This document shows, piece after piece, positions 1 through 6,815 of a stretch of 60,233 nt of DNA. Under the pieces are notes generated by a model. That model saw nothing but the letters and a program-made list of their open reading frames with translations. It was not told where the DNA came from and made no database searches. The translations under genes and the position numbers were made by a program. The stretch is from assembly GCA_049509315.1 (NCBI GenBank), contig JBELAA010000001.1:1-60233 (forward strand), given 5' to 3'. How positions within the stretch are numbered: position 1 is the stretch's first letter; each line of letters starts with the position of its first letter. Source of the stretch: Sedimentisphaerales bacterium (GTDB lineage: Bacteria > Planctomycetota > Phycisphaerae > Sedimentisphaerales > Anaerobacaceae).

Positions 1-119
1 CTTCTGACGTCAATTGAATTCTCCATATCATCAAACCATTTTCCATAAGGGAGGCACTAATGGGCAAAAACCAACATGTAGTACCAGCAGCTGTATAATA
101 CTTTTCCACAGACATCTTT
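1..119. repeat. Terminal direct repeat, copy 1 (identical to 60115-60233)
   Basis: Bases 1-119 (cttctgacgtcaattgaattc...ccacagacatcttt) match 60115-60233 base for base. Unique genome length is therefore 60114 bp. Confidence 0.97.
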
Positions 120-383
120 AATTTCTATCATCTTATCCTCCTTTACGTGTTAAAAAGGTGCGGGTAGTGTACATCCTTCAGGCTCCCAATTAGTCCCAAT
201 TGTTCCAAATACAAAAGGGCTTTCAGGGTATCGTGCCCTCGGCTCCCCGCACCCATAGATAATAATAAATGTCGCATAATTTATAATATGTAATCTACGG
301 CCAAAATCAATAAGATACGGCGGTCGTTAAATTGGGTTAAGCGTGTAATATATTTAATTCCCGCTATTTTGTTATTTTTCATA

Positions 384-1211
384 TTAATACGTCTTAAATA
401 AATTTATCGTTTCATAGAGCAATTTTAAGTGAGGCGCACAAACATCGACTAAGGCCATAAAGTCAGGATCGGCCAGAAATCGCCGGATAAATTCTTGGTG
501 TGCTGCATGTGGGTGTCGACCGGGTGTTTTGTTTTCAAGGCGCCGGCGATAATCCCCTAAATGTACCCCATGGTGCGCCCAGAGGGCCGGTTCTTCCGGC
601 GGCCGGGTAAGCCCGCTTTGATTAATGATCTTCCCCAGCATGAGCTCGTCCCATTCCCACGAATGAGCGCCGCGTATCTGCAGGTCTTTCGCCCAAGCGG
701 CCCGGGCCTCCGCGGTCCTGTCCCACCAATGGCGCGTTACGAAGTGTACTCCCGGTACCCTCGGCTGCCCTTCTACCCACTGCGACACGTAATTATGATA
801 GCATCCCAACCCGTAGCGGCAGCATGCGCGCATGTGCTGGTTTACGAGATTGGGGTCCTCTTTCATCATAAGCATATCGCAGTCGGTGATAAGACAGTAA
901 TCGTACTGGCGCAGCTTGTGGTCGTCGTGAAGAAAGCGTAATGCGGCGGTCGTGTATCCGTCCGTCGGGTACGGATCAAGTTCGCTATTCGTCGTTACAA
1001 GATCTTTACAGGGCAAGGCGGGGTCCAGGGCGCCTCGGACATAAGCGATCGGTACGGCGCCCTCCAGCTCCTTCTGAATGCAGTAAAACCATAAAGGAAG
1101 GTACCACTGGTAGTCGCCGGATACGATCGTCATTATAGCGAGCGAGCCCTCAAATTTAACGGCCGACCATTTCCGGTTCTCCTGGGCTGGGGATAGCATC
1201 TCTTTAATCAC
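384..1211 (-). CDS. Putative glycosyltransferase (GT-A-like, DxD)
   Basis: 275-codon ORF with a GTG start overlapping the upstream stop (GTGA). It has a DxD-like ITDCDM motif. It is the last gene of the unidirectional array. The function is tentative. Confidence 0.4.
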   Translation of the reverse strand: MIKEMLSPAQENRKWSAVKFEGSLAIMTIVSGDYQWYLPLWFYCIQKELEGAVPIAYVRGALDPALPCKDLVTTNSELDPYPTDGYTTAALRFLHDDHKLRQYDYCLITDCDMLMMKEDPNLVNQHMRACCRYGLGCYHNYVSQWVEGQPRVPGVHFVTRHWWDRTAEARAAWAKDLQIRGAHSWEWDELMLGKIINQSGLTRPPEEPALWAHHGVHLGDYRRRLENKTPGRHPHAAHQEFIRRFLADPDFMALVDVCAPHLKLLYETINLFKTY

Positions 1212-1459
1212 CGGCGCTCCGCCTCGTTAATACCGGCTATAAAGCCCCTGTTGTACCCTCCCTGGTAGCTGTCCTCTCCTAAACGCGGAAGGGGACACAA
1301 TGGGGCGAGCGGCGCCATGCAGTACGTATCGCCGTAACAATAGCCCGCCTTCCAGCCGTTCTCCCAGCCCTCACAAAACCCGGATTGGCCGTAATAAGAA
1401 TACCCCATGAAAATCGACAACAGACACACTACCAGCGTTACTCTGATTGTTTTAAACAT
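1208..1459 (-). CDS. Small membrane/secreted Cys-Gly-Tyr-Trp-rich protein
   Basis: 83 aa. An N-terminal hydrophobic segment (VTLVVCLLSIFMG) is followed by a Cys/Gly/Tyr-rich tail. Tightly packed with its neighbours. Confidence 0.45.
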   Translation of the reverse strand: MFKTIRVTLVVCLLSIFMGYSYYGQSGFCEGWENGWKAGYCYGDTYCMAPLAPLCPLPRLGEDSYQGGYNRGFIAGINEAERR

Positions 1460-1692
1460 AGCTTCTCCTTTCGTTCATCCATCAACTGTTTTATAAAGTC
1501 CTGAATATCAGAAAGACAAGTGGTGTTAAATGCTATATTGGGAGTTGTAAAAAAAACATACTCGCGCCAAGGCGAATACCAGCCGATGCCACCCAAAACA
1601 ATGCCAGAACGCCTATTAATAATATCCCAAACGGTTGTTTTACCGCTATCGTTAATCAATCGCATCGTCATATATTTGTATTCGGTTTTCAT
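1438..1692 (-). CDS. Hypothetical protein
   Basis: 84-aa ORF. Its ATG overlaps the upstream stop (ATGA at 1689-1692). Confidence 0.45.
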   Translation of the reverse strand: MKTEYKYMTMRLINDSGKTTVWDIINRRSGIVLGGIGWYSPWREYVFFTTPNIAFNTTCLSDIQDFIKQLMDERKEKLCLKQSE

Positions 1693-2168
1693 TTATACGA
1701 ATTCCAGATATTTTTAACGCGTCTTAATAATGCCAACTGTTGAACGTCGCCTGGATAATTATTAAATACATCCGTCTTCATTCCACAATTATTTGAACAC
1801 TGTATTTTAATCCCCCTTATGGTTATCGGACCTGGACCCCCGTCTATTCCGCAATCAATATTCGAAATAACATCCGCCTTGGCGCCGCATCGTCTGCATG
1901 GCTTCATATTTAATAATATATTATCCCAAAGTGCTTTGATTCTTTTCTCCCTGATTTCCGCTGCTATTTCCGCCCTCGTTTTTGTTCCAAGTATTGCACA
2001 ACGGATTAGCTCGTCCCTCCATTCTTTAAAATATTGTTCAAGACCGGGCGAACAGGTCCCAAATAGAATCATTCTTTCGCGCAGTTTTTTATCGTAGAGG
2101 ATCTTACGAATACCGGTCGCTCCGATATCCGACAATCTTAATTTTTTTCTTGTTTTTACACTACTCAT
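1689..2168 (-). CDS. Lar-like zinc-ribbon protein with capsid-derived N-terminal segment
   Basis: 159 aa. The C-terminal half (MKPCRRCGAKA...CSNNCGMKT...VKNIWNS) resembles Lar-family restriction-alleviation zinc ribbons. Residues 12-32 (LSDIGATGIRKILYDKKLRE) are encoded by the 63-bp repeat shared with the capsid gene. Confidence 0.55.
   Translation of the reverse strand: MSSVKTRKKLRLSDIGATGIRKILYDKKLRERMILFGTCSPGLEQYFKEWRDELIRCAILGTKTRAEIAAEIREKRIKALWDNILLNMKPCRRCGAKADVISNIDCGIDGGPGPITIRGIKIQCSNNCGMKTDVFNNYPGDVQQLALLRRVKNIWNSYK
2075..2137 (-). repeat. 63-bp exact dispersed repeat, copy 1 (partner 53501-53563)
   Basis: tttcgcgcagttttttatcgtagaggatcttacgaataccggtcgctccgatatccgacaatc occurs identically at both loci. 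Orientation and reading frame are the same in both copies. Confidence 0.95.
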
Positions 2169-2392
2169 TTGACCTGCACCGCTGGGCTGGTTTTCCGTAA
2201 AGGCGCCCGCGTTTCATTGTAACATTTCCTGCAAAGTCCATTGTATAGCCGTCCGTTGTACGGTGGCTGTTTGCACTTCCCGCAGATCATAGGCGCCCGC
2301 GGTCCTACGTCCCTGTCCCATCTCTTCTGCATTTCCTCTTCGGATATCTGCAGGGTTCGGCGGGATGAGTCGTTAATAAACACCTGTGCCAT
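2165..2392 (-). CDS. Small zinc-ribbon protein
   Basis: The ATG at 2392 is preceded by taGGAGGtacc. Cysteine pairs CGKC...CRKC. The stop overlaps the next start (ATGA). Confidence 0.5.
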   Translation of the reverse strand: MAQVFINDSSRRTLQISEEEMQKRWDRDVGPRAPMICGKCKQPPYNGRLYNGLCRKCYNETRAPLRKTSPAVQVK

Positions 2393-2400
2393 GGTACCTC

Positions 2401-2625
2401 CTATTTTAAAGCGTCCACCATTTGAATTCTTTCCCCTATCCACCGCATCACCGGCACCGCCATGCTGTTCCCCAGTGCCTTGTACCTCGGTCCGTCCGCC
2501 GCCGGCTTACCCTTATAGGTTATCAGGGTATAGTCGTCTGGAAACCCCTGCAATCGTTCGCACTCGCGGGGAGTCAGCCTTCGGACGGTCATCCTGCCGT
2601 GAATTAAAACAAATCGGTGCCTCAT
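2401..2625 (-). CDS. DNA (cytosine-5) methyltransferase, C-terminal fragment (motifs IX-X)
   Basis: Encodes RRLTPRECERLQGFPDDY and RYKALGNSMAVPVMRWIG, the classic C5-MTase motifs IX and X. The frame is +1 relative to ORF 2513-3532. Confidence 0.75.
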   Translation of the reverse strand: MRHRFVLIHGRMTVRRLTPRECERLQGFPDDYTLITYKGKPAADGPRYKALGNSMAVPVMRWIGERIQMVDALK

Positions 2626-3532
2626 GGTTGCAGGTCAAGGATGGCGAGCCATCCTTGACCACCTCGCCATTTCCCTTGCCGTGAGCGAGAACAACGGGTG
2701 TATAATCTGTTGTTCTACTTGCGTGATCGCCGGTGATATTGTTTACTGTTTCGCCATTACCATTTCCGCGCATATCGAAACAAAGGTTTTCATGCGAATC
2801 CTGTTTCCTTCCACGCAATGTTCCGGCCCCTTCCTTCCAATACCCAGCTCCGGTGGTATGTGCGATCACCGGGTCTTGTCCTCTACTTTCCCCTGCTCTT
2901 TCAACCCATCGGCCACTGCTTTCAAGGCACGGAGTAACATCGGCGGCAAATCCTTTCCCCTTTTCTCTGTTCGGCGCAGGATACCCAAGCAGGCACGTTT
3001 TGTCAAAAAGTACCGCTGCGGCAGGTCGCCAGTCTCCAAGATATCCGACAATGAAGATGCGCTCGCGCCGTTGCGGAACACCGAAGTATTCAGCGTCCAG
3101 TACTGTCCACGAAATCCCATACCCGATCTTTTGCAGCCCATCGCAGAAGGACTCAAGCGCTCGGGTGTCTTCGGAAAAAATTCCAGGTACATTCTCGTAT
3201 ACAACCCATCGAGGCCGGTATTTTTCCAAAATTCCGAGAAAGACGAGGGTGAGGTTACCACGTGGATCATCCAGTCCCTTTCTGAGTCCGGCGATACTGA
3301 AGGCTTGGCAAGGACATCCGGCGCAAACAAGGTCAACTGTTCGTTCATTCGGCCACTCCTTGAATTTGTTTATGTCACCGTAATTCGGTACACCGTGGCG
3401 GATTTTCAAAACGGCGGACGGAAACGGCTCGATCTCTGCGGAGAAGACCGGGTTCCAACCAAGCGGCACCCATGCCATTTCGGGCGCACCTATTCCGCTT
3501 GCTACCGTTGAAAATTGAAAGGGTAAGTTCAT
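2513..3532 (-). CDS. DNA (cytosine-5) methyltransferase, N-terminal part (motifs I-VIII plus TRD)
   Basis: Motif I FSTVASGIGAPE, motif IV GCPCQAFSIAG, motif VI ENVPG, motif VIII QRRERIFIVG. The last ~30 codons are an out-of-frame read of the C-terminal fragment. Confidence 0.85.
   Translation of the reverse strand: MNLPFQFSTVASGIGAPEMAWVPLGWNPVFSAEIEPFPSAVLKIRHGVPNYGDINKFKEWPNERTVDLVCAGCPCQAFSIAGLRKGLDDPRGNLTLVFLGILEKYRPRWVVYENVPGIFSEDTRALESFCDGLQKIGYGISWTVLDAEYFGVPQRRERIFIVGYLGDWRPAAAVLFDKTCLLGYPAPNREKGKGFAADVTPCLESSGRWVERAGESRGQDPVIAHTTGAGYWKEGAGTLRGRKQDSHENLCFDMRGNGNGETVNNITGDHASRTTDYTPVVLAHGKGNGEVVKDGSPSLTCNHEAPICFNSRQDDRPKADSPRVRTIAGVSRRLYPDNL
2866..3348 (-). CDS. Candidate overprinted ORF (+1 frame inside the C5-MTase core)
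   Basis: 160 codons, ATG at 3348, preceded by AAGGAG with a 7-nt spacer. The translation looks protein-like (WTLNTS...SLSDILETGDLPQRYFLTKRACLGILRRTEKRGKDLPP), unlike the Arg-rich junk of other alternate-frame ORFs. Expression is unproven. Confidence 0.25.
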   Translation of the reverse strand: MNEQLTLFAPDVLAKPSVSPDSERDWMIHVVTSPSSFSEFWKNTGLDGLYTRMYLEFFPKTPERLSPSAMGCKRSGMGFRGQYWTLNTSVFRNGASASSLSDILETGDLPQRYFLTKRACLGILRRTEKRGKDLPPMLLRALKAVADGLKEQGKVEDKTR

Positions 3533-4500
3533 CTTAACGCTGCCTCGGCCATTACTTTGTTGTATCTATTCCTTTTCGACGGTACATTCCAATCCGGATG
3601 CGCAGGCCCAAAGTCCCTCGGTAACCCGAATTTTTCAAACAGTTCTATTGGTATCCTGTCGTTTCCGATATATGGGTATTTTGCCGTTGTGTACGCTCCC
3701 CATGCTTTTACGATCGGGTGATCGTGCAGGATCGCCGGTAGGTTGGACAGTTCAATGGTTTCCAGACCCGGCCAGTAACGCGCATCGTTGGTCTGCATCC
3801 AGAAGTCGCTGCACGCGGGTATTTTATTCCACTTGTCCTTTATCCACTTCTCAATATCGATCATGGGCTCTTTTTCCACCGCGCAGGTATCTATCTGTTT
3901 TTCTATGTTTTCGGTCAGGGAATTCCGGACCATTACAAGGTGATGAAGATAAACATTTTCAAGAAGGCGGCCGGGGATAAATACTCCCTTCAGCCGCAGC
4001 GCGTCTTTTTTTATTGCCCGTCCCAGAACAAAGAGGGTCGGTTTATAGCCGTCCCTTATGGGGTGCACGCGGTAATATGGAGATTTTATATATTCATATT
4101 GCAGGCACTTCGCGCACTGGTCCGGGCTTTTGGTGTCGCGCAGGAGCGCCTCGAGCTGGGGCAGGGCCCGCTTAAAGTCCTCTGCCGGGAGTATCTCGTC
4201 GGTATCGAGTAAAAGTATATAGTCGATGTTTTTTTCGCTTTTCTTCACGCACTCAATCGCATAGTTGTATTGGTCGTCCTGGTGGTTAATCTCATCATCC
4301 AAGGTAACGTGCTCTACCTTCTTGTCTGGGTCCGGTAACGCTTGAATTATCTCCCTCACCGTATTCCCCTGGCGGCGGCCGGTCCAACTGATATCCGAAT
4401 GAAGGTAGAGCACCCCGGAAACAAAGGGATAGATCGATTGCAGGCTTGCGGCCGCGAATTCGTGCCCTTTAAATGTTTTGTATACTGCAAGAATATTCAT
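3529..4500 (-). CDS. Putative glycosyltransferase, tandem paralog 2
   Basis: Start reassigned to MNILAVYKTF (ATG at 4500, ATGA overlap with the upstream stop). It aligns along its length with the product of 4497-5471 and has the DxD-type motif LLLDTDEI. Confidence 0.5.
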   Translation of the reverse strand: MNILAVYKTFKGHEFAAASLQSIYPFVSGVLYLHSDISWTGRRQGNTVREIIQALPDPDKKVEHVTLDDEINHQDDQYNYAIECVKKSEKNIDYILLLDTDEILPAEDFKRALPQLEALLRDTKSPDQCAKCLQYEYIKSPYYRVHPIRDGYKPTLFVLGRAIKKDALRLKGVFIPGRLLENVYLHHLVMVRNSLTENIEKQIDTCAVEKEPMIDIEKWIKDKWNKIPACSDFWMQTNDARYWPGLETIELSNLPAILHDHPIVKAWGAYTTAKYPYIGNDRIPIELFEKFGLPRDFGPAHPDWNVPSKRNRYNKVMAEAALR

Positions 4501-5471
4501 TTCTTCGCTCCCATTAATTCTTTTATCGCTTGATCGAAACAGTTTCTTTTGGACGGCGTTTTCCAATCAGGATGTCTGGGTCCGAAGTCGAGCGGTAGCC
4601 CGTGTTTTTTAAGTATCTCCGGTGTTACCTTGGCTGTATTGTGATGCGGGTATCTGTCTTTCGGATACTTCTGCCATGCCAGTACGATCGGGTGGTTCTG
4701 TATGGTTTTTGGTAAATCCCCTATTCCAACAACCTTTATGCCGGCCCAGTAACCCGGCACGTCGGCAAGCGGGCAAAGGTTGAAGGCGTCGGGCAACACG
4801 TTCCATACAGTCTTTACCCAGTTCTCCATATTAACGATTGGTACTTTTTCTATCCCGCAGGAGTCCACCTGCTTCCCTACCACCTCAGTAAGCGTTGTGC
4901 GGACCATTGGAAAATGATGCCAGAAAACAGTGTCAAGCTCCTTGCCTGGTTTTATGTAGCACCCGCGAAGGTTTAAGGCGCCCTTCTTTACCGCTCTCTT
5001 TAATACGAAATTCGTCTGCCGGTACCGGCCTGGAGGGTCTACCCGGAAGAAGGGGCTTTTAACATAGTCGTACTGCCGGCACCGTATTGAGTTGTTTGGG
5101 TTTTTATATTGGTATTTTAATAGGAATTCCAGTTCAAATTCTACCCGGTCGTAGTCCTCGTCGGTCCATATCTCATCGGTATCGACAAGGAGAAGAAAAT
5201 CGTATTTTACTTTGTTCGTTTCCAACCATTCGACGGCTGCATTGTACTGGTCGTCCTGGGATATCTGGCCGTGCAGGTCAAGGTGGTATATTTTGTGGTC
5301 GGGATCCGGCGCCTGCTTTATTACATCGCGCACCGTATTGCCCTTGCGCCCCATCCAGCCGATATCTTCATGAATGTAAAGGACACCGGAAATAAACGGA
5401 TAGATCGATTGCAGGCTGGCGAGCGCGAATTCGTGACCGCGGAAGGTTTTGGTGATGGCAAAGATATTCAT
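4497..5471 (-). CDS. Putative glycosyltransferase, tandem paralog 1
   Basis: 324 aa starting MNIFAITKTFRGHEFALASLQSIYPF, with LLLVDTDEI. Clear paralog of 3529-4500. Confidence 0.5.
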   Translation of the reverse strand: MNIFAITKTFRGHEFALASLQSIYPFISGVLYIHEDIGWMGRKGNTVRDVIKQAPDPDHKIYHLDLHGQISQDDQYNAAVEWLETNKVKYDFLLLVDTDEIWTDEDYDRVEFELEFLLKYQYKNPNNSIRCRQYDYVKSPFFRVDPPGRYRQTNFVLKRAVKKGALNLRGCYIKPGKELDTVFWHHFPMVRTTLTEVVGKQVDSCGIEKVPIVNMENWVKTVWNVLPDAFNLCPLADVPGYWAGIKVVGIGDLPKTIQNHPIVLAWQKYPKDRYPHHNTAKVTPEILKKHGLPLDFGPRHPDWKTPSKRNCFDQAIKELMGAKK

Positions 5472-5535
5472 AGGTGCATACCCACCTGCGCTGTCCTTTG
5501 GTCGATGAGGGGTTTGTATTTTTCATTCAATTTGT

Positions 5536-5808
5536 TCATGCTGCTTTCCTTCTTCGTGTTTGCTCATACTCCATTATCTTTTTTTTATGTGTTTTCGCGT
5601 ACTTCCTGCACTTTTCCAATGACCGCATCCGGTTTATACATTTCGCGCAGTATTCATGACCCTTATCGACTTCCGTTGTTTTCAGTGTTTTGCCGCAGTT
5701 GATGTTTTTACACCTGTGCCGCAGTATGATAAATGGTTTTTCCTTGTCAATCCTGCGCTTGGTTTCTTCGCATTTATGGATAACGCGCATGATGGCGGGG
5801 TCTTTCAT
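5536..5808 (-). CDS. Small basic zinc-finger protein
   Basis: The ATG at 5808 overlaps the rSAM stop (TGATG). Cysteine pairs CKNINCG...CAKC. Lys/Arg-rich C-terminus. Confidence 0.45.
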   Translation of the reverse strand: MKDPAIMRVIHKCEETKRRIDKEKPFIILRHRCKNINCGKTLKTTEVDKGHEYCAKCINRMRSLEKCRKYAKTHKKKIMEYEQTRRRKAA

Positions 5809-6815
5809 CAAAAATATCCTTTCGCCTGGTTGGCCCAGTTCTGGTCGTGAAAGTATCCGGGCGCCTGCGGTATCTTCGGATCGCGTATTGCCTGGACCCC
5901 GGCGCCGTTAAAACCTGCCATATAAATTCTATTCCAGCCTCCGCAGTGCATTTTAAGGTCGCAGAAACAGCATGGCGGGCCTTCCTGTGACTGCGTCCTC
6001 CCGAATGCCTGGGCCTCGTTCCAGAGCTGCTCGTCGCTCAATCCGGCGTGTCCGTAGTCCCATTCCCATGGGTCGTAATGCACGTACCGCGCATTAACGA
6101 TATACTTCCAGTATTGCTGTCCGATGTGGCAAAAGGGATAATACCGGATGGTAAGCATAACGTCCGGCTCTTGCAGCACCCGGTCCGCGACCCTCTCGAC
6201 GTATGGCCGGATGTCCGCCGGATGTACGGCAACCTCTGGGGTCTTTTTGTCTCTGTCCCATTCGTAGAGTGGGAGAAAACCAAGGGATATTATATGCTTG
6301 CAGCCGTAGTAAAGGCACATCTCGGCAATGTCCGGCATCTCCTTGTAGTTGTCCTGTTGAACCGTCATATTCATGCGCCACGGCCATTTATTGTCTTTCA
6401 GCCAGTTTAATAATTGCTGCTGTTTCAGGCCGGATCCCCGTACTCCGGTTATTTTTTCCAAGGTATCGTTTATTCCATGAACGGATATATGCAGGTGGTT
6501 CATCCCGGCCGCCCGGGCTTGCCTGTATGTGTCGAGATGTGCCGATCCGTTGGTAATCATAGAGGAAGTCATACCGAGATCTGCAACACCTTTAATCCAG
6601 TCAAGGAGTGGGGGCCAGAGCGCCGGTTCTCCCCAACCGACAAGGAGCGCATGATCGCAGCCGCGGGCCTTTGCGTCCTGCACCTCTTTCATTGCCTCGG
6701 CAAGAGGTTTATCGTATGTGCTGCCGAAGTCCGGCGCCCAGCGGTAAAAGCAGGTTTTGCACTTCCAGTTGCATTTCTTGGTACAGTTGATACCGACACG
6801 AAGGCATTTTTTCAT
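5808..6815 (-). CDS. Radical SAM enzyme with SPASM-like C-terminal Cys cluster
   Basis: CX3CX2C motif (CNWKCKTCFY) near the N-terminus. C-terminal cluster CCFCDLKMHCGGW. ATGA overlap with the upstream gene. Confidence 0.75.
   Translation of the reverse strand: MKKCLRVGINCTKKCNWKCKTCFYRWAPDFGSTYDKPLAEAMKEVQDAKARGCDHALLVGWGEPALWPPLLDWIKGVADLGMTSSMITNGSAHLDTYRQARAAGMNHLHISVHGINDTLEKITGVRGSGLKQQQLLNWLKDNKWPWRMNMTVQQDNYKEMPDIAEMCLYYGCKHIISLGFLPLYEWDRDKKTPEVAVHPADIRPYVERVADRVLQEPDVMLTIRYYPFCHIGQQYWKYIVNARYVHYDPWEWDYGHAGLSDEQLWNEAQAFGRTQSQEGPPCCFCDLKMHCGGWNRIYMAGFNGAGVQAIRDPKIPQAPGYFHDQNWANQAKGYF

Noticed and set aside
57-131. 24-codon minus-strand ORF (MIEIKDVCGKVLYSCWYYMLVFAH) with a strong AAGGAGG SD, partly inside the terminal repeat. 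Also 30- and 39-codon ORFs at 59596-59688 and about 59460-59580.
   Set aside because: These are too short to support from sequence alone. They may be leader peptides or chance ORFs in regulatory regions.
157-256. tRNA or tmRNA-like gene suggested by the 8-bp terminal stem
   Set aside because: The enclosed sequence is about 82 nt with no D-arm or T-arm (no GTTCRANYC-type T-loop adjacent to the 3-prime acceptor strand). It cannot be drawn as a cloverleaf on either strand.
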